In this document: positions 25,681-37,483 of the stretch, in pieces | How positions within the stretch are numbered: position 1 is the first letter of the stretch | Layout: each line of letters starts with the position of its first letter | From: Cycas panzhihuaensis | Lineage: Eukaryota > Plantae > Cycadophyta | Direction: 5' to 3' | DNA: 64,000 nucleotides | NCBI GenBank assembly: GCA_023213395.1 | Contig: CM041465.1 | Span: 146,637,741-146,701,740, forward strand | Notes under the pieces: generated by a model | Told to the model about the DNA's origin: nothing | What the model saw: only the letters and a program-made list of their open reading frames with translations | The model's database searches: none | Program-made: the position numbers and the translations under genes

Positions 25681-28600
25681 TTTTTTTTTGATATGGTAAA
25701 AAATGAAATTATAGGGGTTTTATCTGGGTCCCCAAACCCGGTACATCAAGCCAAACGGCTTAGCAGATCTGACCATGACAGGCCCATGGTCTAGCCCAGT
25801 AACTATCTCCAAACCTCCTCAGTTAACCCCACCAATATGAGCTTGACCACTGCACTCGGAAACTCCTCCGGGTAATCCCTTGTCCGGACCCTCGAACTCT
25901 TATTTGTAATCGCTTGATTAGCCCGGTACCGCCCTATTCCCTTCTCTGAACGTATCTTTGGATCTTCACTTCAACTTTGGACCTCAAAATGTTCGGACAT
26001 CCCTAAAATATCTACTGTTGTCCCACCCCGGCACCGCTTCCCCTTTCAAACATTTTATGGCATACATAGAATCCTTATGATCACCTTACAGGTGCCCTCC
26101 TCATCCAACAGGTAAGTCGCTTTTAGCATTGCCCTCACCTCCGCCTTTTGGTTACGTCGGCTCCCCATATATTCTCGCAAGGCCCACTTTAAACTGCCCT
26201 CGTGATCCCTAAGCGGACCTCCTCACTTGCTTCCCGGGGTTTCCTTTAAGCCGCTCCATCAAAGTTCACCTTTTCCCCTTGAATATCCGGAGGTGCCATT
26301 TAACGTCCCTAATCCTCTTCCTAGCCCCGCTTTGGGGAGTAAGACCCCACTCTTTCAAAATGCCTTCTTCCTCCACAGGAGTCTGTCCCCTTTAGGCACC
26401 TCTAACATTTCTAAGATACCTTTCCTGATCTCCACTACCAGCTACCCATCCTCCTTCTCTCTTCCCTCAAAGATCCTCCTATTCCGTTCTTTCCAAATGT
26501 ACGAAGCCAACCCAGTAAAATCATCCTCCAGATACTCTTGAGGGTTTTACGTGTAGAAGGAGCGGACCAAGCCATCCATTGGGCTAGAAGGGAATTTGAT
26601 GAAACCCAGACCACCCCCATCCCTGACCAGAAATTATTCCATATGTTAACCGAGAAAGGGCAGTGGATACTAAGATGATCCAAGGTTTCAACGTCTCTCT
26701 TGCATAGCACACACTTGCTAGCCAGCTGGAAGCCCCTTTTTAATAAGTTATCCAAAGTAAGTAATTTATTTTGGAGGCTCGACCACCGAAGCGGCAATTT
26801 TGGAAGAATTCCTAACTTCCAAACCCGGCTAATGTATCATTCTTAACTTGACCTTCCCTGCTCAGCCTCAAATTATAACCCTCTTTCACCGAATAAGAGC
26901 CAGCAGCCGAAGCCGGCCAAACCAAAGTGTCAGGCCCGTGCCTCTTGGATATCTTGGGTCCTTAATATCTCCACGACTCTTTGTATCCCATCCTCAAATC
27001 CTTGCGGGTCCTCGGCGATCTCCACCTCCTATCCACCTCGCCCTTCCCAGTAATCCTTAACCATCGGACCATAACGAGCAACACATTCCCTTTGCAAATC
27101 TCCAATGTTAGGTAACTCCTCTAATATGGATTGCCCCACCATCTGTCTTCCCAGAACTTTATGCTTTCTCCATCCCCCAACTTCCATCTCAAACCTTCAC
27201 GCAGGATAGACCTAGAAGACCTGATGGCCTTCCAAATCGAGGAGCCTACCAAGCAATGCCCCTCCTCCAGAAAGTGGTTGTCCCCCATATATTTCCTAGC
27301 CAATATCCTCCCCCACACCGCATCGACCTCATGGTGAGTCTCCACCCCAACTCGGCCAAAAGGGCTTCATTAAAAGCCCAATCTTACGCCGAGGCCTCCA
27401 GCCCATTTGGGCTTGCAAACCTTCTCCCAAGACACCGGTGGAATCTCCTTCTATCTTGGACCACGACCAAAGAAATCTCTTCATAATCCCTTCCAAAGTC
27501 GCGATAACCTTCGGGCATCTTAAAGGCGACATCGATAAGCAGGGATGCTCTGCAAGGCGCCACAACGAGTTGGATTTTCCACCTTGTTGAGGAGAGCCCT
27601 TTCCACCACCGCCAACTTCTTATTAAATCACTCACTCTGGATCCCATAAGGGCCTCATCTTGCCCACAAATAAAGGCATACCGAGGTAGGAGCTAGGAAG
27701 GGAACCCCTAGCCATCGCCAAAATCCTGCTTATTCTTCTCTGCTGCCCCTCCGGAGTGTTAATGAAGAAAGCTAAGCTTTTATCTAGGTTGATTTTCTGA
27801 TTTGTGGCCTTTTCATAAGCCTGAAGACCCGATTTTTGAGCCCTCGCCTCTGCTGAGGAGGCCCTTCGCAAAAAAATGTTGTCATCGACAAACTGATGGA
27901 GCACAATCTTGTCCAGGTTGGAGGTGGCTCTCAAACCATTTAGCCTACCCATCCGCTGAGCCTCCAGGGTAGCCACCGCCTAACATTTCGACCATAATGA
28001 TGAAAAGAAAGGGAGAGGGGTCCCCTTGCCTCAATCCCTAGATGGCGAAAGAAAGTCGACACGCCATTAATAAGAACCGAAAAGGAAACACTAGAAACAC
28101 AACATCTCATCCAGTCTCTCCAGACTTTCCCGAAGCCAAACGCCTCGAGGCAATCCAAGAGCAATCCCACGCCACTCTATCATAAGCTTTTGACATGTCT
28201 GTTTAATTATCATTAGGCCTCCTTACGATGGAGCGTCGAATGCGAGGTTTCGTGAACAATTATAATACCGTCGTGATTTGTCTCCCTTTCACGAAACCAT
28301 CACGGTTAGGAGAAATGATCCACTGTAAGGTCTCCTCAACCCGGTTTGCAAGCACTTTGGACAATATTTTGTATTTTACATTACACAAACTTATGGGTGC
28401 AAGTCTTCCATGACTTCCACCCCTCTTTCTTCGGATCAAGGCTAGAAAGGTGGCTGCCACTCCTTCAAGATTATGCGTTTGACGTAATTCATTAAGCGCC
28501 AACATCAAATCCTCCTTGATTATCTCCCAAAATTCTTGGAAAAACACGGGGAAACCATCCCGGGCGCTTTATCCTTCCCCATGTTGAAAACGACCTTCTC

Positions 28601-30026
28601 CACCTCCTCCCGAGTAAAAGCGATTGTCGACTTTTTGTTGAGATCCTCGAGATCACGCTTGGGATAAGATGTAGAAGAGCGTACTAAGGGAAGGGTCCCG
28701 ACACCCGGCTCGAAAAAGATCCTTAAAGTATTCCATCGCTATACCACCGATCTTATCCTCGGCCTCATGCAAGACCCCATTTACGCTTGAACTACGGTTA
28801 TCTTGTTATAAGACCTATGTCTCATCGTGGAGAGGTGAAAAACTTGGTGTTTCTATCCCCTCCCTCGACTGCTCTCTAGATTTGCTTCCAAAAATCTCCT
28901 CCCTCTCAACACCTCCTCAAGTTTCGGAGGTAGAGAGTTCTGATTACCCGGTTCGAGGATCGCCATCGGTGGATCACATCCTCAATTTCCTAAGCTCCCT
29001 AACAGACTCCCTTAGTCTCAAAAATATTTCAAGACCTCCTATTCCATACCTTGATTCGACGCTTGATCCAATTTAATTTCTTTGAGAACACATACATGGC
29101 ACAACCTTGGACTGGATGCTCCACCAATCTGGATCTTCTCCCTCAACTCGGTGTGCTTGACCCACATTAACTCAAAGCGAAAAGGGCCCCTTTGAGCGAC
29201 TCTGAATGGACCCCTCAAAATAAGAGGCGAGTGATCGACCCACATTTTGGCAAGGCTTCCATTCTAACCCCTTCAAAATAGCGGGCCCAATCATAGTTTA
29301 TTAACATTCTATCCAGCCTGCATTGAATATGGTTTTGACCTATCCTCCTGTTGGACCAGGTAAACCTGGCACCAACAAGGGGAACGTCCATCAAGCCTCC
29401 CGTTTGTAAAAACGCGCCTAAATCCGTCATGCTACTGGTCCACCCACTCTGCCCCCCTTTCTTCTCATCCCAAGCTAAGGGAGAGTTGAAGTCTGACCAC
29501 TAACCACGGGCCTCCCAATCTTTATGGATCTCCACCAAACTCGCCCATAATCTCCTTCTACCCTCAACCGAAGTAGGGGCGTAGACGTTCGTAATCCAAT
29601 ACTCCTTGTTGGTCAAGAGACTGACCAGACCAATGGTTATGAAGTGCTCGGACTTACGACTCATAACCTCTCCACTTCTTAGGATTCGGAGGGTGACGGA
29701 CCCCAGACCCGCCACCCCCGCTTGTCCTCCTTTCACCTCTTCTCCACACCTTGTTGAGAACCTCATCCTCTCTTAAGCTGCTCCAATTTTGTTTCCTGCA
29801 AAGAATAAGATCCGGCTCTACGATCCTTAACTCTCTAACCATTCTCTGCTTAGAAGGAGCGTTTACCCCCCTAATGTTCCAAGATAGGACTTTCATCTAG
29901 AGTTACCTCATCCTCTCCTGCTCCTGAGGTTGGGGCCTTCTGCCACCCCCCCCTCTCTTAATGTGCTCTGAAGACCCATATCTATTTGAGCTTGAGTTTC
30001 TTTCTCTCTCATAATCTTTTTTGGGG
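25681..30026 (-). mobile_element. 5'-truncated L1-clade LINE with endonuclease, RT, zf-RVT and C-terminal RNase H
   Basis: ORF2 start MKVLSWNIRGVN at 29896. Motifs seen: NVYAP, FTWSN, RLDR, FRFE, PISLCNVKYKILSKVLANR, HQFVDD, CVLC...ETLDHLSIHC. RNase H-like NQKAEVRAM / DSMYAI / FREGNRA at about 25.9-26.2 kb. Poly(A) tail appears as a T-run at 25679-25689. Apparent 3-bp duplication GTT inside the Copia-1 RT. Many frameshifts. Confidence 0.92.
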
Positions 30027-30041
30027 GTTACTAAAGGTTTC

Positions 30042-30205
30042 TGAAGGAAAATATAATAGTAAGACTATGCTTTGATACCAAATTAAGGAAATAATATTTG
30101 CAGGACTATGCTCTGATACCAAATGAAGGAAAATATAATAGCAAGACTATGCTCTGATACCAAATGAAGGAAATAATACTTGCAAAACTATGCTCTGATA
30201 CCAAA
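30042..30205 (-). repeat. Four tandem 41-bp [U5 terminus + PBS] units in the 3' LTR of A3
   Basis: Units start at 30042, 30083, 30124 and 30165: TGAAGGAA-N14-ACTATGCTCTGATACCAAA, alternating A/B variants. Confidence 0.95.
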
Positions 30206-30554
30206 TGAAGGAATATAAACTAGCAGGAGAAAAGGGCAGAATATATATCAAATAACCATAAACCAGTATTACATCAATACATCAATGTGTCACAATCACA
30301 ATAGCATAAACATATGAAAGCCTTGCTGTTCAATCCATTGTAGCAATAATGAGCATTACAAATCTCCTCAAAGGCAGGCAGTGTCTAAAGACACCAGGGT
30401 TGTACACCCCATAATATAAATAGTTTTGGGGGAGGAGGGAAACTCCTCAACCCCTGAATTCAAAATAACAATAAAATAATATTTACTTAACTCAAATGAA
30501 ACTAACTCAACTTACCTTAACTTACCTTGACATGTTGAGCATCACATGTCTAAA

Positions 30555-31385
30555 TTAAGGTGCACAATCCTGGGAGGTAAGAGGGAGTTGAGTGATGACA
30601 TTACACTCCAACATTCTCCCCCTTAATGTTAGCACGAACACTTGTATCTTTTCCTTGAACTTATAGAATTGGTATTTGAAAAAAACTTTAAAATTCTGAT
30701 CTTGATCTTTATCAACTCTTCTCACCTTTATAGTCATATATGTCTCTTTATCATGGAATGATGTAGAAAAACTATAAGTAGATGAAACTTGATGCAAATG
30801 TAGATGAATAACTGTAATTTGGACTTTGTCAATTGGAACATTAAGAAGGCTTTGAACTTGAACTTTTGTAATCTTTATACTTTGAATAACTGTCATATTA
30901 TCAGGTTCATTCTTTGTCATATCATTAGATTCAACTATCATATCATCATGTTCATTCTTCATTATGTCATAAGATTCATCTTCATTCTCCCCCTCAAATG
31001 GAGGATCAAATCCTTGTGCAACAAGGTAGTCCTGCATTTGATCTGAATCCTCATGGTTGTTGTCGTCATGATCTATCTGCTCACATCTCATATGCTCGTC
31101 AAAAATTTCATCAAATACATTGGGGGTATCTCCCCCATAAATAGAAATCAACAAATCCAAAATAGACTTAGATGTTGTTAATTCAGAAACCAGTGAAAAA
31201 ACATCATAAGTCATAGTGCAGAATAATAAACCTAAAACTTCATTATCTTTTCTAAAATTTTCTTTAATGCTAAAGTCACATTCATGTTGTAAATACTTTA
31301 AAAGATCATGTTCAATAAAGTAAGTTTGCATGGTGTCATACCATAGTGAAAAATTATGGCCATAAAAAATGGGGAATTGTGCCAT
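30555..31385 (-). CDS. Intact 276-aa mini-Gag: Copia Gag N-terminal domain, acidic repeat tract and pol-tail-like C-terminus
   Basis: FYGHNFSLWYDTMQTYFIEHDLLKYL...KDNEVLGLLF...TTSKSILDLLISIYGG resembles the DUF4219/Retrotran_gag_2 (UBN2) region. It has KNExDDM repeats, ends FYKFKEKIQV...LRGRMLE through the PPT and stops inside the 3' LTR. No zinc knuckle. Confidence 0.75.
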   Translation of the reverse strand: MAQFPIFYGHNFSLWYDTMQTYFIEHDLLKYLQHECDFSIKENFRKDNEVLGLLFCTMTYDVFSLVSELTTSKSILDLLISIYGGDTPNVFDEIFDEHMRCEQIDHDDNNHEDSDQMQDYLVAQGFDPPFEGENEDESYDIMKNEHDDMIVESNDMTKNEPDNMTVIQSIKITKVQVQSLLNVPIDKVQITVIHLHLHQVSSTYSFSTSFHDKETYMTIKVRRVDKDQDQNFKVFFKYQFYKFKEKIQVFVLTLRGRMLECNVITQLPLTSQDCAP

Positions 31386-34300
31386 TTTGAAAGTAATATA
31401 ATCAATAAGGAAATAATGATACGTTTGAAAGCAAACTTAAAAAATCTTTTTCACTTATGCAAAACTAAAATAAACTTTTGAGAATGAAATATAAAGAGTT
31501 TTCAAAAATACCAATTTCTCAAATGAGTAAATGTAAATCTTCAATATAAAATTTTTTTTTTTTTATATAAAAATAACTTTTCTTTGAGAAAAATATATAT
31601 TGCCTTATAAAAAAATGTTGGTTCAAAACAACTTAAAATGCTTGTAGAAAGATCAAGTAGAAATCTTGAGTAAACAATGAGATATAACTAGAATTTTCTT
31701 TAAAATTTTAAAAGAAGACAAGCTTATTAGGATGTACTTGTATGCTTAACTTTAACAGCTTGAAAATTATACTGAATAATGCCAGAATAACTTAAGATTT
31801 TACCAATATATAGATTAATGAGGTGTGAATCCAATGAAAGTAATAGTTTTGAAAATGGGTACCAATAAATTACAATTTGAATAAGGCAAATGTATGGACC
31901 TCCTTATGAGGCCCAATAGGAGCAGAGTAGACAAAACTTGCATAAAATTACTAATTAACTTATAGAAAATGTTGAAAAATGGATCAAATATTGTTTATGA
32001 GATGTTTAATGTTCTTTCAATTGAAATTTTTTTAAAAATATATAAAAAAATGTGTAAAAAATAGTAGATTTGGGGCAATAAGATATCTCAACTTTGACTG
32101 ATTTGAAATCTAGGAAGATAACGTCAAAATATATTAAAAAATATACCAAAATGAAGAGAAATGAGTCAGCTTGCCAACAAAGCTAACAGAACTGAAATCC
32201 GATATAAAATGAAAAGTTATAGTGAAAAATGTAACAGGTATTTTTATGTAGAATGTTAGGAAACAAGCAAAAAATAACTAAATTCCTTATTTCAGCAATT
32301 AAAATATTAATGAAAATGAACTCAAAAAATTGAAGTAAAAAGTGGGTATTAAAGTCTATACAACGTAGATCGCTATAGAGGAAATTTGGGTAAAAATCAG
32401 TTTACCAAAAATAAACGACAGCTAGTTCTAAAAACGATTTTGTTAAAGATGCGAAAAAATGTGAAATTTTAAAAGTCTAATGTTAAAATGGTTGAAACGG
32501 GGTCAAATTAGCACCAAATTGGTCATATGACCAGTCAAAATTGGTGTACAAAAAATTTTTGATCTATTGGGGCAGGTTTTGTCTTAAACGGATAAGCCAT
32601 CGAGAAGTTATGGCCACAAAAGCGGCAATAACTCTATGAAAAATAAAATTTTGAAAAAAATAAAGTTTAAAATTAAAAGTAACTTCTTAAAAAAATGGGT
32701 ATGAAGATGGACTGAGCTGAGATTGAACCCAAAATCAGCCAGACAATAAACACCTCCAATGCCAGGAGGGTGAACTCACTCATCGAGTACAAAAGATTAA
32801 AAAAGACTTTAAAACTAGATTTTAAAAGAACATATAATAAATATGATTATGAGTGCATTAAGGCACTCGTAATAATGATCAAATAGCCACTAAGGTTTAA
32901 TGAGCTGAATATAATAATAATGCAATATTAAAAACGCAACGCAATCCATATACAATTATAATGATCAGAAGACAAATATATAAAATCACAACGCATATAC
33001 AATTATAACGATCAAAGGCAAATAAAAAACTCAATGCATATACAATAAACAAATGCAGATTAAAATGAATCAAATACAGATCACAATATAAAGATATAAT
33101 AGCGATCAAAGGCGATCAAAGGCTGAATCAAGTGGCGCCAATGTAAGTCAGCCTTAGAGTAAAGAATATATATATATATACTATATATAAAAAACAATAA
33201 AAAAATGCCACGCCGATTAATAACTAATGAGGCGAACTGCTGCAGGCAATGCATACGGAGACCAAGAGCCTGCAGCACACGTAGCCCGTAATGATCAAAA
33301 CGAATAGTCGTTGCAACAATGTGCTTGCACGCCAATAAAGGGCCCGTAGAGCGAGGAGAGACGAAATGACGGCAAGGCGCATGCAGGCCGATTCAGACGA
33401 GGCGTAGATCGAGGAGCCCGGACGGCAGCAGTAAAGCGAAGCGCCCACAGACCGAGGAGAGACAGAACTAAAGGAACGACGCCAAAGGGCGAACGAGAGG
33501 CCGGCGCATAGTAACAAAGCATGGGGCAGAGGCAACGATCCCTTAGGGCGACGCAGGATAGCCAACTAACGGGAGAAGGCACAAATAATGAAGCATCGAG
33601 TCAATATAACAATAAAAAATTTTAGAATGAACAGAGAACAGTGGCTAACGGAGGGGTGTACAGAGGGAAGAGATCCCACAGCAAATGAGCAGGGCTTAGA
33701 CTTCTTCAGGTACAGATTTATGATTATTCATTCTACGCCAATACTAATCCTTCTTGGTTTGTGTATACACCAACCGCGCAAACAAACAATCTAAACCCCA
33801 AATACTGAAATGGAACGCCTTCGTTGAGAAGGAATCACTGCTTGTCTGGGAGAAAGAGCAATGAGCGAATATGAAAAACTTTCGTTAAGAATGGCTTCTA
33901 CTGCATAGAGGAAGAACGGTTGGGTATTCCTAATCTTTTGAAGTTCAACTTTGTTTGAATAATGTAGATGCTACTAAGAGATCGAACCATAGACAAAAAA
34001 GAGACAACACAGAGTAACAAAGATAAGAGTAGATCGAATGCGTCCAAACAACGATATGGACAGGCACAAGAATACTATATTGAAAGGAACCCCACCCTTA
34101 TGCAGTGGTGAAAGGAACTTAGTGGCAGAGCTTACGAGCTGTTGCAACTCTTTCCCCTTTTTTGTAAAGGATGTAATATTTCAATGAATGATATATTTGT
34201 ACAAGGAAAGTATGAGAACAATGTTGAGTTTTTCTTGTTGAAAATGAATAGTATTCATACAATTTGTATACCATAAAAAATATATTTCAAACATATGTTG

Positions 34301-35218
34301 AACTTTTTGCATATGAGCCAATGATTGCTTAATTTTATAACAAAGAATATTTCAAATATATATATATATATTTGTGCACAGAGCATGAAAAAATGTTGAA
34401 CCTCTTTTTGTTGATTCAAAAAACACAAATGAACTAGAAAATTTTAAATATTGTGACAGAAATAAGTCAAGCAAATGACATGCATATATATGTATTCTGA
34501 AATATTTTTCAAATAAGTTGCTGATATATTGAAAAAGGTATGTTTAAATATAAAAGAAAATATAAAGAACCTAGAATACGCAGCTGTAGCTATCTTGATT
34601 TTATGTATATCTTCTTCAAAAGGCTAAATATGCTTCAAATACTATAGATCTGATAAACAGTCTTGAAAATATAGTCAGAAAATATGATGAAAAATGTAGA
34701 TCTGAACTAAATGTAGCATAAAATGCTAAAAAAACTTGATACAATAGGCATATTTATAATAAAATAGTAGATCTAAAGTAACAAATTGCAGATCTTTGAA
34801 GAAAACTTAATAACTTTTGTATGCAGTTGATGCTCTTTTGCAAATCTGCAAAAAATATCAAATAAGTAGACAAGAAACTTGTAAACTATCAAAATATATG
34901 ATAAATCTATAAATCTGAAGAGAAAATAACTCAAATATGAGAATAAAACTTGAATATATATAACTTACTGCTGAAAAATCCTTTGTAGATCTGCACAAAT
35001 CTGAAAATAGATCTCAGTAATATTTGTTGAACTAGAAATATAGCTCAATAATAATCAAAATCTGCTGAAATAATATATAAAACTTGCTAAAAATTTTTAG
35101 AAAACAAGTATAGTTAATATATATTTCTTGTAAAAAAATCTGTTGTAGAGTGCTAGTAGATCCTGTTACTCTTCTTCAAAACTTTAGCAGGTCAGCAATC
35201 GCCTGCTCTGATACCAAA

Positions 35219-35382
35219 TGAAGGAAAATATAATAGCAAGACTATGCTCTGATACCAAATGAAGGAAATAATATTTGCAGGACTATGCTCTAATACCAAA
35301 TAAAGGAAAATATAATAGCAAGACTATGCTCTGATACCAAATGAAGGAAATAATACTTGCAGAACTATGCTCTGATACCAAA
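35219..35382 (-). repeat. Four tandem 41-bp [U5 terminus + PBS] units in the 5' LTR of A3
   Basis: Units start at 35219, 35260, 35301 and 35342, in the same A-B-A-B' order as in the 3' LTR. Confidence 0.95.
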
Positions 35383-37225
35383 TGAAGGAATAAAACTAGC
35401 AGGAGAATAGGGCAGAATATATATCAAATAACCATAAACCAGTATTACATCAATACATCAATGTATCACAATCACAATAGCATAAACACATGAAAGCCTT
35501 GTTGTTCAATCCATTGTAGCAATAATGAGCATTACAAATCTCCTCAAAGGTAGGCGATGTCTAAAGACACCAGGGTTGTACACCCCATAATATAAATAGT
35601 TTTGGGGGAGGAGGGAAACTCCTCAACCCCTGAATTCAAAATAACAATAAAATAATATTCACTTAACTCAAATGAAACTAACTCAACTTACCTTAACTTA
35701 CCTTGACATGTTGAGCATCACATGCCTAAATTAAGGTGCACAATCCTGGGAGGTAAGAGGGAGTTGAGTGATGACATTACACTCCAACAGTTTCTCTCAA
35801 ATTAATAGTATAAACTATAATAACACATTTTCTCTTGTAACCAAAAGGAACACGATCAAAATTATTATATCACATACAACTAAATTTAGTTGGAAAATAT
35901 ATCACATGGATGTTAAGAGCATCTTTTTAAATGGTGACTTGCAAGAAGAAATTTATATGAAACAACCTCAATGCTTTATTTCAAATCCTAATTTAGTCTA
36001 TAAACTTAAAAAATATTTATATGGACTTAAATAAGCCCCTAGAGATTAGCATAATAAAATTGATCAATATCTTTTAAATAATGATTTTAATAGATGCATT
36101 AGTGATCCTAATCTTTATCTGAAAAAAATAATAATGATATTACATTCTTAATTCTTTTTATTGATGACATTGTAATTATAAGATCTTCAACTTCTAATAT
36201 CCTAAATTTAAAATTTAACTTAGTATCTCACTTTTAAATGATAAACTTAGGTCTTCTACATTTCTTTCTAGGACTTTAAGTTTGTTAAAAAGAGACTAAA
36301 ATTACCATTTTTAAATATAAATATATCTTGGATCTTCTCAAAAATTTTAACATAAAAGATTACAAAACTACCCTAACTCCCATCTAATCTAGAATTAAGT
36401 TAATTATTAACTACACTACACCTAAAATTGATTTAACCCTATATCAATAACTAATTGGTAATCTAATTTATCTTACTCACATGCATCTTGATATCTTTTA
36501 TTTAATAGCTTTATGTTTTAAATTTATACAACAACCACATGAATCTCATTAGAAAGTAACCAAAAGGATTTTATGCTATCTTAAAGGTATAATTTATTTT
36601 GGTTTAACTTATAAACCATATAATAATCATCTTAAATTAACTAGTTACATAAATTCTAACTAGGCAGGTGACACTAATGAAAGAAAATCTATAGCCAGGT
36701 ATATTCTTTTTCTAAACTCTTCTCTAATAACCTGGTTAAGTAAAAATATCTAATCACTAGCACTTTTTATAACTAAAGCGAAATATAGAGCTCTTATTTA
36801 AGCAAGTAAAAAAGTATAATAGATATAAGCTTTATTAAAATAACTGAATTTTCCTTTAGAATTCTCTATAAAATTAAATGTTGATAATCAAGGTGCTATC
36901 TTTATTGATACTAATCTTGTTACTCACTCTAAAATAAAGCATATTAAACTACATTAACACTTTATTCATAATTTGGTAAATGATTGAATTATTAACTTAT
37001 TATACTATATTATAGATATTTAAGTTGTAGATATTCTAACAAAGTTTCTTATAGAAGCTAAGTTTAATAAGCTTTGACAATTGCTTAAAATTGATCAAGT
37101 CTTTATCAAAGAGGGATCAACATATTCAAGTCTTCACCATCTTTCATTGTACATAAGATATCATTAAAGGGGGATGTTAGCAAAAAATATTATCTCATAT
37201 AAATCTTATATAACTTTAAGCACTT

Positions 37226-37483
37226 TATTATGAACCTCCTTAAAAATTAATTAATTAAATTATTGTCTAATGGGTATTCTTGAAGAGTTACAACCTTTAT
37301 GTGAAGGGGCCTATTATATACATATAAATGTGTCCTCTAATATATTGTAAACCATCACTCATTCTTTTATTAATATATTAATTAGTTAAATGATTATTTA
37401 TCTACTCTCAAACATTCATATGCTCTCATTACCTCGTCAAACCTAAGGATTTCCTTTAGTTACGAATAGTTCTCCATCGTAAA
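37226..37483 (+). mobile_element. Diverged solo LTR related to the Gypsy-2 LTR, inserted in the Copia-1 3' LTR
   Basis: TATTATGAACCTCCTTAA...GGGGCCTATTATATACATATAAA is homologous to the reverse complement of 21495-21746 and is absent from the Copia-1 5' LTR. Ends are approximate. Confidence 0.65.

Larger units (their letters stand above)
30042..35789 (-). mobile_element. Family A non-autonomous LTR element, complete and youngest copy A3
   Basis: LTRs at 30042-30613 and 35219-35789 (about 3% different); perfect TSD GTTTC; intact PBS complement at 35205-35216; PPT at 30614-30624. Splits the Copia-1 RT motif KGF/SQ. Confidence 0.95.

Noticed and set aside
30042-30205. CRISPR-like repeat/spacer appearance of the 41-bp array
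   Set aside because: The context is a eukaryotic TE, the repeat is PBS plus LTR end, the variable parts are about 14 nt and mutually homologous, and there are no cas genes.
32710-32780. tRNA/SINE-like B-box (GGGTTCAATCTC on -) at the left edge of the A3 slot
   Set aside because: No convincing A-box, tail or TSD; too short to call.
33081-33582. GC-rich ORFs in the A3 slot as real CDS
   Set aside because: No recognisable motif; open frames are expected from the GC content.
35205-35216. tRNA-Met gene
   Set aside because: Only the 12-nt 3'-end match (the PBS) is present; there is no cloverleaf.
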